From Gammaproteobacteria bacterium (lineage in GTDB: Bacteria; Pseudomonadota; Gammaproteobacteria; CAJXQU01): 64,000 nt of DNA. Positions 48,270 to 58,135 of this stretch are shown piece by piece. A program made the position numbers and the translations under genes. A model generated the notes under the pieces. It worked only from the letters and a program-made list of their open reading frames with translations. It had not been told where the DNA came from and did no database searches. The stretch is taken from NCBI GenBank assembly GCA_965238175.1, contig CBDEGZ010000003.1:2240001-2304000 (forward strand), written 5' to 3'. Position 1 is the first letter of the stretch. Each line of letters opens with the position of its first letter.

Positions 48270-48884
48270 GCTGATACGAAAAGTATTCAGTACCTTCTTG
48301 ATATATTTAAGAATCAAATAGAATTATTCAATATATTTGAAAAGGATCACTTAACAGGTCTTTATAACCGGCTAACTTTCGATGAAAAAATGATGCAACT
48401 CATTCAGTTAAATCATGTTGACGAAAGTCGTGAAATTAAAGATGATTCCTGTAATTGGCTAGCTATTCTTGATATCGATCATTTTAAGAAAATAAATGAT
48501 CAATACGGTCACATGTATGGTGATGAAGTTTTATTACTCTTCTCTGAGATCATGCAAGACACTTTTCGTTTTAATGATTTACTGTTCCGATACGGCGGCG
48601 AGGAATTTGTAGTCTGTCTCTTCAATGTCAACAAGGAAGGTGCAATCACCGCGCTTGAACGTTTCCGAAGAGCCATCGAGGATTATGCCCTTCCTTCCAA
48701 CAGAGGGATCACTGTCAGTATTGGTTTGGCAAAAGTATTGGACAAAGAGCTCCCGTCAAATCTTCTTGATCGTGCCGACATCGCTTTATATGAGGCTAAA
48801 GAAACCGGGCGTAATAAATTATGTGTCTCCAGACTTGAAGAAAGTACAATCTCAGAATCTGATGATATGGTTGAGCTTTTTTGA

Positions 48885-49277
48885 TCAATCGTACTTAATA
48901 TATTTAAACCGTGGATCGTCTGGCGTTCCTTCTAATCCACTTTCTTCATCAAGCCCAGGTTGCCACATGATCACTTCTTCAATTTTTTTCGCCAATCCAA
49001 AATCTTTATTAGTAATTCCTTTCGCAGCATGATTGATTAGCTTCACGGTAACAAAAGCGTATGACACTGTTAGATCCGGGTGGTGAAATCCTGCCTCAGC
49101 CAAATGACCCACCGTATTCACTACCATTAAGGTTCCCTTCCAACCTGATGTCTTATATTTACGACGGATCCAACCATTCTCATAACTCCATTCAGGCAGT
49201 TGATCTTCAAGATAAGCGACAATTTCTTCATCCGCATAAGTTTCGTCTTTTTCTTTTTTACGCCACTGCTGCGCCAT
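48885..49277 (-). CDS. Pterin-4a-carbinolamine dehydratase family protein (PcbD-like)
   Basis: LAEAGFHHPDLTVSY..V.VKL..H..KGIT.KDF.LA. Confidence 0.88.
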   Translation of the reverse strand: MAQQWRKKEKDETYADEEIVAYLEDQLPEWSYENGWIRRKYKTSGWKGTLMVVNTVGHLAEAGFHHPDLTVSYAFVTVKLINHAAKGITNKDFGLAKKIEEVIMWQPGLDEESGLEGTPDDPRFKYIKYD

Positions 49278-49965
49278 AGCCCTCTTCCTCTTTATGAATA
49301 CTGGTGCGGATCTCTTTTAAAAGCGACTCATCCAGATCAGTTTTTCGTTTATGTCCGACACAGAGTGCACCTCTAAAACCCAGGTAATCTGGCTGATATT
49401 GAACTAAAGGTACAATATCTTCTTTTCTCAGAGAACCGGCTAAACCTGTGATCAACTTTTGCTGTTTTGCTTTCACAATAAACTGACCGATTTGATGAAC
49501 ATCCATTACCTCTCGTAATGATCCTTTAGTTTTATTTGCGGTATCCAACATAATTCCTGCAAGTCCAGCATCAACGACAGAATCGATGATATGTTCGCCA
49601 GGATACTGATCTGCAAACACTACAATAATAATGCCTTTAGTAGCTTGCCGACTTATAGTCCAGAGTAAGTCATCAACATTTTCACTTAAAGGATCAAAAA
49701 GGCCGACCTTAACTAAATCGACACCTGTATCCGCAACTCTTCTGACCATATCTGCTACGCGTAAAGGTTCGCATGGAAGATCACCCACTGTTGCACTCAC
49801 CAAACGTTCACCATTTATCTTACCGACAACTTCTCGCATGACTTTAAAAGAAACAGCCCCTAATGCCCCTTGCTCTGGTTCTTTCAAATCGATAATGTCA
49901 ACACCACCCTGCATCGCGACCATCGCTTCATCAGCAGATCGCACACTGGCTAGAAATCCTGTCAT
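49258..49965 (-). CDS. mfnB: (5-formylfuran-3-yl)methyl phosphate synthase (MfnB/DUF556)
   Basis: LASV.S..EA, DIIDLKEP..GALGA, SATVGD, VKVGLF, MLDTANK, GLAGSL, LGFRGALC. Confidence 0.88.
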   Translation of the reverse strand: MTGFLASVRSADEAMVAMQGGVDIIDLKEPEQGALGAVSFKVMREVVGKINGERLVSATVGDLPCEPLRVADMVRRVADTGVDLVKVGLFDPLSENVDDLLWTISRQATKGIIIVVFADQYPGEHIIDSVVDAGLAGIMLDTANKTKGSLREVMDVHQIGQFIVKAKQQKLITGLAGSLRKEDIVPLVQYQPDYLGFRGALCVGHKRKTDLDESLLKEIRTSIHKEEEGYGAAVA

Positions 49966-50549
49966 GTAGTTTGCTCCTCTCCATCATTTTTGTTTTGTTC
50001 TTGGCGAAAATGGTCAACCTTATCCATTAACCAACCCCAAGCCTCTAATTCCTGTTCACCGGCGGTTTTATCGATCGCAATTTTAAGGTATTCAATCTCA
50101 GTAGCCACCTTTTCAGTTGATAACATGTGTAAACGACTAGTGAGTATGGCAGCTTCAAGTACGGCCGATTTTGCTCGATTAAAGCCTTTAAACGGTTTAT
50201 GGTTTTCATGGTTGTTAATTTTGCAGAAAAAACGAGGTCTTACATCATCTTTCTCGATATGATCTACCTCAAGCTCCATATGCGATAAGGTATCTTCAAG
50301 TCTGGCGCCGTTAATTTCTTTAGCTTCAACGGTTGGCCAGTTATAGTGACCTGTCAAACAGCCTGCAATCACAGCAACATTATCAGTAAGATTAATCACG
50401 GCTTGATTAGTTCGTTCCAAATTTGCCAACGTCGTCGAAGGGCGAAAAGGCGATAAGACAATAAACCCATCGATTTCCTGATATCCGAGCGGTGCGATTT
50501 GATTTGACCCATCCTCATTCCGAGTAATAATAACGGCTTCGTAGATCAT
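49962..50549 (-). CDS. DUF447 family protein (methanopterin cluster)
   Basis: IYEAVIIT, APLG, PFRPSTTL.NL, GFNRAK.AVLEAAIL.SRL. Confidence 0.85.
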   Translation of the reverse strand: MIYEAVIITRNEDGSNQIAPLGYQEIDGFIVLSPFRPSTTLANLERTNQAVINLTDNVAVIAGCLTGHYNWPTVEAKEINGARLEDTLSHMELEVDHIEKDDVRPRFFCKINNHENHKPFKGFNRAKSAVLEAAILTSRLHMLSTEKVATEIEYLKIAIDKTAGEQELEAWGWLMDKVDHFRQEQNKNDGEEQTT

Positions 50550-50579
50550 CTTTTTCTCTTTGTACTGAGCTTTGTTTAG

Positions 50580-52025
50580 TTAACGTGCTTTTTTGTTTTT
50601 TTGTGCTTTTTTACGGCGCTCTTTTCGCGCTTTCATCGTTGCGCCTCCAGCTTTATGCAACATATGTGGGTCTGCTTTACCATTATCAAGAGGCGATTTA
50701 TAGGCTACCCCCCAGTCCAACTCTTCATCCTGCACATAACGCTTCCCTAACTGCCAGGCTATTTGTGCACGGGCAAGTTCAACACCAATGTAATAAGCGT
50801 GTGGAGCATCTTCTTCCAGCGTTTTCAAATGTTCGAATAACGCAAAGGGATCGGTGTCGGTTTTCAAGCCATCACGATTGTAAATATGAATACCCTCCTC
50901 TGTCACCTGGATCCGATAATTAGCATCTTTAATCTGTGATGCAGTTTCGTTAATTTCTTCCAGATCATATGGGAATGGCTTGCGCTCATGAAGCCCTGTC
51001 AAACCTGCACTATAACCCTTCGGCAAACTCGTATCTTCACGTGCACGGAACATAATCCGACGCCCCAAATCGAGTTCTGCAACACTCTTATTTGCATGCT
51101 CACTGACCTCCGTCGTCAATAAGTTTGTGATGCGCATTTCAGACATCATGCCTAACATCATCGTATTCAGGCCAACCGTGTCTGCTTCAGTCAATTCTGA
51201 AAGATTTCCGGTACCCATCATGATTTCGATATCGGGGTATTTATCTCGCAGTTGCTGATATCTAACAATTGATCGGGTAAATCCAAAATGAACAGGATCA
51301 AGAATGCTATCAGCAATAAAATCTTTACCCTTTTTCTGCATCGTGTCGATAGCTCGGTATAAGGATTTCGGATCGTCCGGAGATTCCGGGATCAAAACCG
51401 GTATGGATCCGACTTCATCAGCAACCCAAAGTGTGCTCTCCTTTAAACTCAATAGATAGTGCGCACCTGCCTGACCACCTCGAACTAATTGATCGGGATC
51501 AACCGAATCTAAACTGACGGTATAACCTTCACTTACAAGCGTCTTAATGATCTCTTCCATTTGCGGAAAATCACGTCCAGGTAAACACCCAACGTCAATT
51601 ACATCCGCACCATCTGCTTTATAAGACACTGCTTGCGCGAGAACATTTTCAATACTGACATCTGGTGCATCAACAATTTCTGCAAAGATCCGTACATCAT
51701 ATTGGCTTAAATCCGGTGGTTCTGCTCCCTTTCCAAAATACACAGGTAGATCTTTTAGATCCTTAGGGCCACGCACCACAGGCACGCCGAGCTTATTGCT
51801 AAGCTCTTCGACATCACCTGCACAAAGACCTGGCACAATAATTCGATCTGCATTCCTGGAATCATCCAAACGACGTTGGATCATCTCAGTTGTCATTAAG
51901 GCCGCAACGCTAACCCCAAGGTTATGGATCTCATAGGTAAAATCCTCACCCTCTATTGAGGCCATGACTTTTCCGAGACTTTTCTTGGCAAGTTTGCCAG
52001 TCAACATAAGAAGATGTTCAGACAT
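50580..52025 (-). CDS. Dihydropteroate-synthase-like (DUF6513; Orf20-type) methanopterin biosynthesis protein
   Basis: LTGKLA, VAALMT, GPKDLKDLP, IFAEIVDAP, GADVIDVGC, HAYYIGVELARA. Confidence 0.85.
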   Translation of the reverse strand: MSEHLLMLTGKLAKKSLGKVMASIEGEDFTYEIHNLGVSVAALMTTEMIQRRLDDSRNADRIIVPGLCAGDVEELSNKLGVPVVRGPKDLKDLPVYFGKGAEPPDLSQYDVRIFAEIVDAPDVSIENVLAQAVSYKADGADVIDVGCLPGRDFPQMEEIIKTLVSEGYTVSLDSVDPDQLVRGGQAGAHYLLSLKESTLWVADEVGSIPVLIPESPDDPKSLYRAIDTMQKKGKDFIADSILDPVHFGFTRSIVRYQQLRDKYPDIEIMMGTGNLSELTEADTVGLNTMMLGMMSEMRITNLLTTEVSEHANKSVAELDLGRRIMFRAREDTSLPKGYSAGLTGLHERKPFPYDLEEINETASQIKDANYRIQVTEEGIHIYNRDGLKTDTDPFALFEHLKTLEEDAPHAYYIGVELARAQIAWQLGKRYVQDEELDWGVAYKSPLDNGKADPHMLHKAGGATMKARKERRKKAQKNKKAR

Positions 52026-52040
52026 TTTTGACCGAGTTAT

Positions 52041-52868
52041 CTAACTCTCATTGATCGCAAAAGTCACATCTGCCGTTTGTCGATTCGGTTTTACATCATG
52101 TACGCGAAATATCTGCACTCCAGCTGTTACCCCAAGACTGGTAGTTGCACAGGTCGCACCAATCAACTCTTTTGGCTCAGCACCTTTACAAATTGATCCC
52201 ATAAAACGTTTACGGCTGGTGCCTAAAAGTACCGGATAATCTGATTTCACAAATCGGTCAAGATTCGCCATCAGCATTAAGTTATGTTCCTGAGTTTTTC
52301 CGAAACCAATACCTGGATCAATAACGATATTCTCCTTCTTAACACCGGCTTTGATCGCCACGTCACATCTTTCTTTAAGAAACGATTCAATGTCGGTAAC
52401 TACGTCATCATAAGTGGGATTTTTTTGCATGGTCTGCGGCATACCTTGCATATGCATCAAAATGATCGGTAGATCACGTTCTGCTGCTAGTTTAAACATA
52501 TCTTCATCATCTCGTCCGGCACGCACATCGTTGAGAATATTTGCGCCCGCATCGACCGCGGCAATAGCCACCTCAGATAGTGTTGTATCAATACTGATCA
52601 AAATATTTTCGGGTAATGTTCTTCGTAGTGCCTCAATCGTGCCGGCTACGCGACGGATCTGCTCTTCAGAGCTAACCCTTTCAGAATCCGGACGTGTCGA
52701 CTCACCACCAACATCGATAATATCTGCACCTTCTTCAACCATTTGCAAAGCCGAGGCAACGGCTTTACCTCGTTTGGTATGGCTGCCACCGTCCGAAAAA
52801 CTATCCGGCGTGACATTCAAAATCCCCATAATCAGAGGTCTTTGTTGTTTTAATAGCTCAGTAAGCAC
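52041..52868 (-). CDS. folP: Dihydropteroate synthase
   Basis: MGILNVTPDSFSDGG, DVGGESTRP, DPGIGFGK, GTSRKRF, RVHDV. Confidence 0.95.
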   Translation of the reverse strand: MLTELLKQQRPLIMGILNVTPDSFSDGGSHTKRGKAVASALQMVEEGADIIDVGGESTRPDSERVSSEEQIRRVAGTIEALRRTLPENILISIDTTLSEVAIAAVDAGANILNDVRAGRDDEDMFKLAAERDLPIILMHMQGMPQTMQKNPTYDDVVTDIESFLKERCDVAIKAGVKKENIVIDPGIGFGKTQEHNLMLMANLDRFVKSDYPVLLGTSRKRFMGSICKGAEPKELIGATCATTSLGVTAGVQIFRVHDVKPNRQTADVTFAINES

Positions 52869-52891
52869 TTGTTTGTTCCTACGATATACAC

Positions 52892-53962
52892 TTAATTTTT
52901 AAAGATAAAGTAGCGCTGAAGTATAAAACTAAAAACAAAAAGATGTATATCAATAAATATTTTGATCCAAACCACATTCCACACACTATGCGAAGAAACA
53001 TAGCCAACAAGCCCTCCCGATAAAGATGCTATCAATATCACAAGCCCAAAATATAAAACACCTTGTTTTCTTATAGTACTACTGTCCGTTGATTTAAATA
53101 CCATTTTTTTATTCAAGAAAAAATTCATAATGGATGAAAAGAATCTCGCAAGATAGGTACAAAAAATTATATTTGAAAACAAAGAATAGAAAATACTGAA
53201 AGCAACTATATCCACTAGAAAGGAAAACACAGAAACAGATAGGTACCGAAAAAACACAAAATATATTCGCATCGAATCTATCACTGGTCGAAAATGTGAC
53301 AACTTATTATCGTCAATGTAAATTGTTTGAATAGGGGCCTGGATAATTGGTGATCCCGAACGTTTCACTTGTATAATGCAATCAAGCTCATATTCATATC
53401 TATTGGAATTCAATTTCAATAGTTCTGGAAGCAGATCTAAAGAAATTGCGCGCAAGCCTGTCTGACTGTCCTCAAGATCAATTTTGTTCAAATACTTTAA
53501 AACCTTTCTTGTTAACAAATTCCCAAAACGACTACGAAAAGGGACAGAATCAGAAAAGTCACGCACTCCCATAATCAGGCCACTTGAAAACTGTTGACTT
53601 TCCAGGGCAATTTTAATGATGTCTTCTGTTTTATGTTGGCCGTCGGCATCAAGTGTAATCACCTTATCATCAGCTGAATTTGAAAGTGATAAAACTTCCT
53701 TAAAAGCACTTTTCAAGGCAGCGCCTTTCCCGAGGTTTTTTACATGTGTAATTAACTTTAGATCTTTTACTTCTTCTAGTTGTTTAAATATATAAGTAGA
53801 TTCTTCTTTTGATCCATCATCTACGACAATAATTTTCTGGAATTGTTCTTTAGAAAGCTCACTAACAATGTCGATCAAACATTCGTCAGGATTATAGGCT
53901 GGAATAATAAGAAAGATATTATGAAATTTATCTAATTTTTTATCAGATTTACTCATGGACAT
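52892..53962 (-). CDS. GT2 glycosyltransferase fused to GtrA-like flippase domain
   Basis: IPAYN, VVDDGS, GKGAALK, LDADGQH, DSQTGLR; four C-terminal TM helices. Confidence 0.9.
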   Translation of the reverse strand: MSMSKSDKKLDKFHNIFLIIPAYNPDECLIDIVSELSKEQFQKIIVVDDGSKEESTYIFKQLEEVKDLKLITHVKNLGKGAALKSAFKEVLSLSNSADDKVITLDADGQHKTEDIIKIALESQQFSSGLIMGVRDFSDSVPFRSRFGNLLTRKVLKYLNKIDLEDSQTGLRAISLDLLPELLKLNSNRYEYELDCIIQVKRSGSPIIQAPIQTIYIDDNKLSHFRPVIDSMRIYFVFFRYLSVSVFSFLVDIVAFSIFYSLFSNIIFCTYLARFFSSIMNFFLNKKMVFKSTDSSTIRKQGVLYFGLVILIASLSGGLVGYVSSHSVWNVVWIKIFIDIHLFVFSFILQRYFIFKN

Positions 53963-55824
53963 TGTCTCGTCACCAAAGCAACTTTATCCAACTGATATAC
54001 TGAATACCCATAGAGATTAGGTTCGCCAGCGACTTTTTTAAAAAGAAATGGACATGCCTGCTCTGCCAGCTCTAACAGATAGTCACTCCCTGAACCATAA
54101 GGAATTTTACCAGCATAGAACAAATAGTCAGGCTCTTTTTCCTTTATTTCTGCAAGAAGCTGCTTTACCGAATAGTCAGAAGAAGGTGTCTCTGCATTCC
54201 ATTTATACTGCGGCCTTATCACTTCATTATGCCCATAAAATATCCCATAGATATAGTTACTAGGGATCCACAAAAGTAATTCTTTGTGATCATAAATTTC
54301 CTCATATACAAACTCCGCATCAGAGCCAAAATATTTAAAAATCGTATTTTTTCCTCCAGCCAGTGTATTAAACTGCCCATCATATTTGTTAGAGGTTTTA
54401 TTGATTGAAATATAAACCTGAGCACTAAATAAAATGACTAAAACGCTCAAAATAATTCGTTGCTTTGTTTGAATAAAAACCGAGAATTTATCAAATAATA
54501 TATTGTTGAAAGGCAATTTCAGATCATAATCTCCCAATGCTAACAGTAGTGCCATCAAAAAAACTACGTGCATACCCAACCGTAATGAGTAGCTTCCATA
54601 TAAAAACCAAAGAACTAATGCAGGTGCTAGAAATAATACCGCTACTGTCACTCCTGTTTTTGCCACCATTAGATTTCTTATACAGAGAATTAATAGTAGT
54701 AAAATAAAAGGTTTCTCAATTAGATAAATCTCAGTGAAATATATTAACTGCTCCCAAAATGATCTACCTTGAAATGAAGCACTGATCACTCCTTGGTTTT
54801 GGTGGAAATCACTTCCGCCACCAAATATCCAAAACAAACCCGATGCCAGAAGTATCGCCATAGGTAATACTGAATTTACTGGCATCTTCTTTTTGAAAAT
54901 AGAGTACAAAACGATAATTGGGACAGAAAAAAGAGCCCATATGAGTGCGGGTTGTTTGGTATTTACAGCAACAATCCCACACATCACTGACAACCATAAA
55001 TACTGGTTGTTTTTGGGATCCTCAATATATTTTATCAACAAATAAATCGAAACAATTAAAGCTGAAACCATCATCGGGTCCGCTAGTGCTTGATATAGAT
55101 GTTTTTTCACACCAATACCAAACAATAAAATTACCGCTAGAAGAAAATACTTGGCGACATTTTCATAACTGACCTTTTTCGGTGCCAAACCAACAGTGGT
55201 TAATATACTAAAACTAAAGATTGCAAAAAGAGCCTTTACAGGGAGCTGTAATTCAATTGTCCCTAATAACTTATAGCAATACGCGATCAATATCGAAAAA
55301 AGCTGCGGGTAAGGGGAGTTTGTATAATAAAAATCAATGTCTTCTCCCAAATAATGTTGTACAGCCCACATATTCCAACTGTAAATTTCATCATTCGAAT
55401 CAAATGAACCACTTCCCAGTTTTAATGCAATAAATACTGCAAGAAAGACGTTAAGTATAAGAATGCACAGATGTTCTTTGGGCCAGTCAAAAAAATCATA
55501 TCCTTTAGTTTTAATTAGTAAGGCGCTTCGATAAGTACCCACAAAAACAAAGAAACAAGAGACAACGACTACACTAAATTGGCTAAACAAACTGGTAATT
55601 GTTAGCAAAAATTCCACAACTCCAACAACAAACATACTAATAATAGGAATGGCCGCTATCGTACGAGTTGATTTTATTAACTGCGGAAAAACAGTAACAG
55701 CGGGACAAATGTAAACAGCAACTAATAACAAAAAGCAATAAATGAAAAACACGTAGGATGTGGCCCAACTTAAGAATCCGACATTATAACCGATATTGTT
55801 TATATCATCCTTACCGTTACCCAC
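53953..55824 (-). CDS. Multi-pass membrane protein, probable GT-C-type transferase
   Basis: Many TM segments, acidic DE in an early loop (FDSNDEIYSW), YP.L, TKQ motif, soluble C-terminus; coupled to GT2-GtrA. Confidence 0.6.
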   Translation of the reverse strand: MGNGKDDINNIGYNVGFLSWATSYVFFIYCFLLLVAVYICPAVTVFPQLIKSTRTIAAIPIISMFVVGVVEFLLTITSLFSQFSVVVVSCFFVFVGTYRSALLIKTKGYDFFDWPKEHLCILILNVFLAVFIALKLGSGSFDSNDEIYSWNMWAVQHYLGEDIDFYYTNSPYPQLFSILIAYCYKLLGTIELQLPVKALFAIFSFSILTTVGLAPKKVSYENVAKYFLLAVILLFGIGVKKHLYQALADPMMVSALIVSIYLLIKYIEDPKNNQYLWLSVMCGIVAVNTKQPALIWALFSVPIIVLYSIFKKKMPVNSVLPMAILLASGLFWIFGGGSDFHQNQGVISASFQGRSFWEQLIYFTEIYLIEKPFILLLLILCIRNLMVAKTGVTVAVLFLAPALVLWFLYGSYSLRLGMHVVFLMALLLALGDYDLKLPFNNILFDKFSVFIQTKQRIILSVLVILFSAQVYISINKTSNKYDGQFNTLAGGKNTIFKYFGSDAEFVYEEIYDHKELLLWIPSNYIYGIFYGHNEVIRPQYKWNAETPSSDYSVKQLLAEIKEKEPDYLFYAGKIPYGSGSDYLLELAEQACPFLFKKVAGEPNLYGYSVYQLDKVALVTRQCP

Positions 55825-55855
55825 TACCCTTTGTTAATTAATTGGTCTAGTCTTT

Positions 55856-56494
55856 ATGCGTCAATTTATTATTTGTTTGCTTCTATTCCAGTTCAATAGT
55901 GTTTATGCGATTGAAAATGTCATTGTCCAAGGCTTATTCAAGAACACGGCAATTGTTATGCTCGATGATAAACGCCGCGTTCTTAAAGTTGGCATAACTA
56001 GTTCAGAAGGTGCTTTGTTAATAAAATCAACTAGCGAAAGTGCGATCATTGAAATTAGTGGTGAGCGCAAAACCTATCGGTTAGGTCGACATATTTCGAA
56101 TAAATTCAAAACCGCACCTGGCTCCAGAGCCGTTGTTATTACTCCCACTCGTTCGGGGATGTATCTAGTAAATGGCAGCATTAACAGTTTTGCCGTGAAA
56201 TTCCTCGTGGATACAGGGGCCACTTTGATCGCCATGAGTGAAACTCAAGCCAAACGCTTGGGCATAGACTATAAATTAGATGGTGAAATTGGCCATTCCA
56301 GCACAGCCTCTGGCACTGTCAAGTCTTGGTATATCACTTTAAAAAAAGTCAAAGTCGGATCCATTATGCTACGTAATGTGAAGGCTGCTGTATTGAAAGG
56401 CGATTATCCGACTGAGATTCTGCTCGGAAACTCCTTTCTAAATAAAATCCAGATGAATCGAGATGGGAAGTTAATGAAATTGCGCATCAATTAA
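55856..56494 (+). CDS. Clan AA aspartic protease (TIGR02281 type)
   Basis: FLVDTGATLIAM and ILLGNSFL motifs. Confidence 0.9.
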   Translation: MRQFIICLLLFQFNSVYAIENVIVQGLFKNTAIVMLDDKRRVLKVGITSSEGALLIKSTSESAIIEISGERKTYRLGRHISNKFKTAPGSRAVVITPTRSGMYLVNGSINSFAVKFLVDTGATLIAMSETQAKRLGIDYKLDGEIGHSSTASGTVKSWYITLKKVKVGSIMLRNVKAAVLKGDYPTEILLGNSFLNKIQMNRDGKLMKLRIN

Positions 56495-56679
56495 GCAGAG
56501 CTAAAGTTACAATACTAAGTCACAACTGCAATAGAACAGTTTTAATTTCTTTCGAAAACAAATAGATAAAAGGTTTACTTTATACTTTCTGTTCCCATAG
56601 CCAACATAGAAAACGCCCTCTCGATTCGAAACGAAAATTCAATTGTTAAATTCTAAAGATTATATCAAGACTCAAAAAA

Positions 56680-57109
56680 ATGAACTCTTTCACAACCCTT
56701 TCTGATACCGCTCACATTATCGAACTCGCGATTACGCCCGTTTTCTTACTGGCAACGTTGGATTTTTGAGTGTTATGTCAGATCGATTAGGGCGAATTGT
56801 TGATCGTTCTCACGCCTTGTGACAGATCGAAGCCAGTTCCTCTCATGAAGAATCCATCATCTTATAGCGACGTGTTGAAATCATTAACCTTTCTATTGGT
56901 TTTTGTACTACGGCAGGCCTATTAGTTTGCTTACTGATTATCAGTCCATTTCTTGGAAGTCTTTAATAACTATCAACGTCGGTAGCATTATTGCCAGCTT
57001 ATTTGTTTTAGCCATGCTTGCATTAGTTGTGGCCTTGATTTTGTTTTTGAAAGAAGTACAGCTGACTACTCGTACTATTAAGATTGTTAAGAAAGTTCCT
57101 CGGATCTAA
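56680..57109 (+). pseudogene. Degraded DUF2721-like membrane protein gene
   Basis: AHIIELAITPVFLLA / frameshift / FLSVMSDRLGRIVDRS followed by stops; C-terminal LILFLKEV. Confidence 0.65.
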
Positions 57110-57153
57110 ACCCTTCAGATAGGAACTAAGATAAGAACTTTACCTGTTCATCT

Positions 57154-57873
57154 TTATTCCTCATTTATCATCCGACTAATTTCATCTTCACCTAATGGCC
57201 TATTGATTTTCACCCGTAAACTTTCATTCCACTCGTCAGCAAAATCACGTTGCAAACTAATATTTATGCCAGCAGTACATGTCATAGTGATCAAAGCCCC
57301 AAGGCTAGCTAAGCCCATATCTTTGTGTGCATCCCAGATATCACCTTGCGTACCAAGATAAGCCATTCCCAGATCGCCACCAAAAACACCAACAACGGCC
57401 CATTCGATAAGCTCATACAACATGGAGGTGGACATCGTAAGATCAAGTGGCAAAAAATAACCCCAAAAACCACGAACCCCAACGACGCGTAAAAAAACTT
57501 CTCGGATTGGATAAGCGAGTAATAAGCCATAATTAAAGTGAACCAGACGATCAAAATGATTCCGTTCCCAACCCATTGCATCGTTCAATGAAAAACCGAA
57601 CTTGGATTGCAACCATTGATCATAAGGCACATCGGCATAAGTGAAATGAGCACCGATTGCATGTAGCGCTAGGAAGATGAAAAGTAAGGTATATGAGACT
57701 CGTGATAATGGGAATTTTTTATGTGTCAGAAGTAATAACGTAACCCCTATCATCACCAAAATATTTTCTAGCAACCAGTCATTAAAATGCCAGGGGTTGA
57801 TTGCAAGATATATCCACTCAATCGAAAATAAACCGAGTAAATAATAAAGGTAACGATGGTGCGACAGTTGCAT
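57154..57873 (-). CDS. DUF2238 (YjdF-like) inner membrane protein
   Basis: DWLLEN, GAHFTYADVP, RNHFDRLVHF, YELIEW, LGTQGDIWDAHKDM. Confidence 0.9.
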   Translation of the reverse strand: MQLSHHRYLYYLLGLFSIEWIYLAINPWHFNDWLLENILVMIGVTLLLLTHKKFPLSRVSYTLLFIFLALHAIGAHFTYADVPYDQWLQSKFGFSLNDAMGWERNHFDRLVHFNYGLLLAYPIREVFLRVVGVRGFWGYFLPLDLTMSTSMLYELIEWAVVGVFGGDLGMAYLGTQGDIWDAHKDMGLASLGALITMTCTAGINISLQRDFADEWNESLRVKINRPLGEDEISRMINEE

Positions 57874-58048
57874 AAATTTATTTATTACTTTTCATACTTA
57901 ATCGTAAGTGAACATCATTTTCTCGGAGCAATCTTAAACAGTGATTACGATGATACCATTTACGGAAGACTAATCCTTACATTGATAATCCATTATTTCC
58001 AACGACGAATTCTGATCACATTCTCCCCTTTATCGTTTTTTTATCGTC

Positions 58049-58067
58049 ATGCGACAATTGGTCGCAT
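58049..58067. promoter_or_regulatory. RegA/PrrA-like palindromic site
   Basis: ATGCGAC-AATTG-GTCGCAT between divergent genes. Confidence 0.55.
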
Positions 58068-58135
58068 TTTGATCTAACGGCTACTTTGCTAGTATCCCTT
58101 GTAAACCTAATCTGAAATATCCAAAAGGAACAATA

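Larger units (their letters stand above)
46674..48884 (+). pseudogene. Diguanylate cyclase (GGEEF) interrupted by IS481-family element
   Basis: Removing 47044-48269 plus one GCTGATA copy restores one frame: ...QATEAD-TKSIQYLL...KDHLTGLYNR...DIDHFKKINDQYGH..GD...RYGGEEF. Confidence 0.92.

Noticed and set aside
56903-57109. Stand-alone 68-aa gene
   Set aside because: It is the last fragment of the frameshifted DUF2721-like pseudogene
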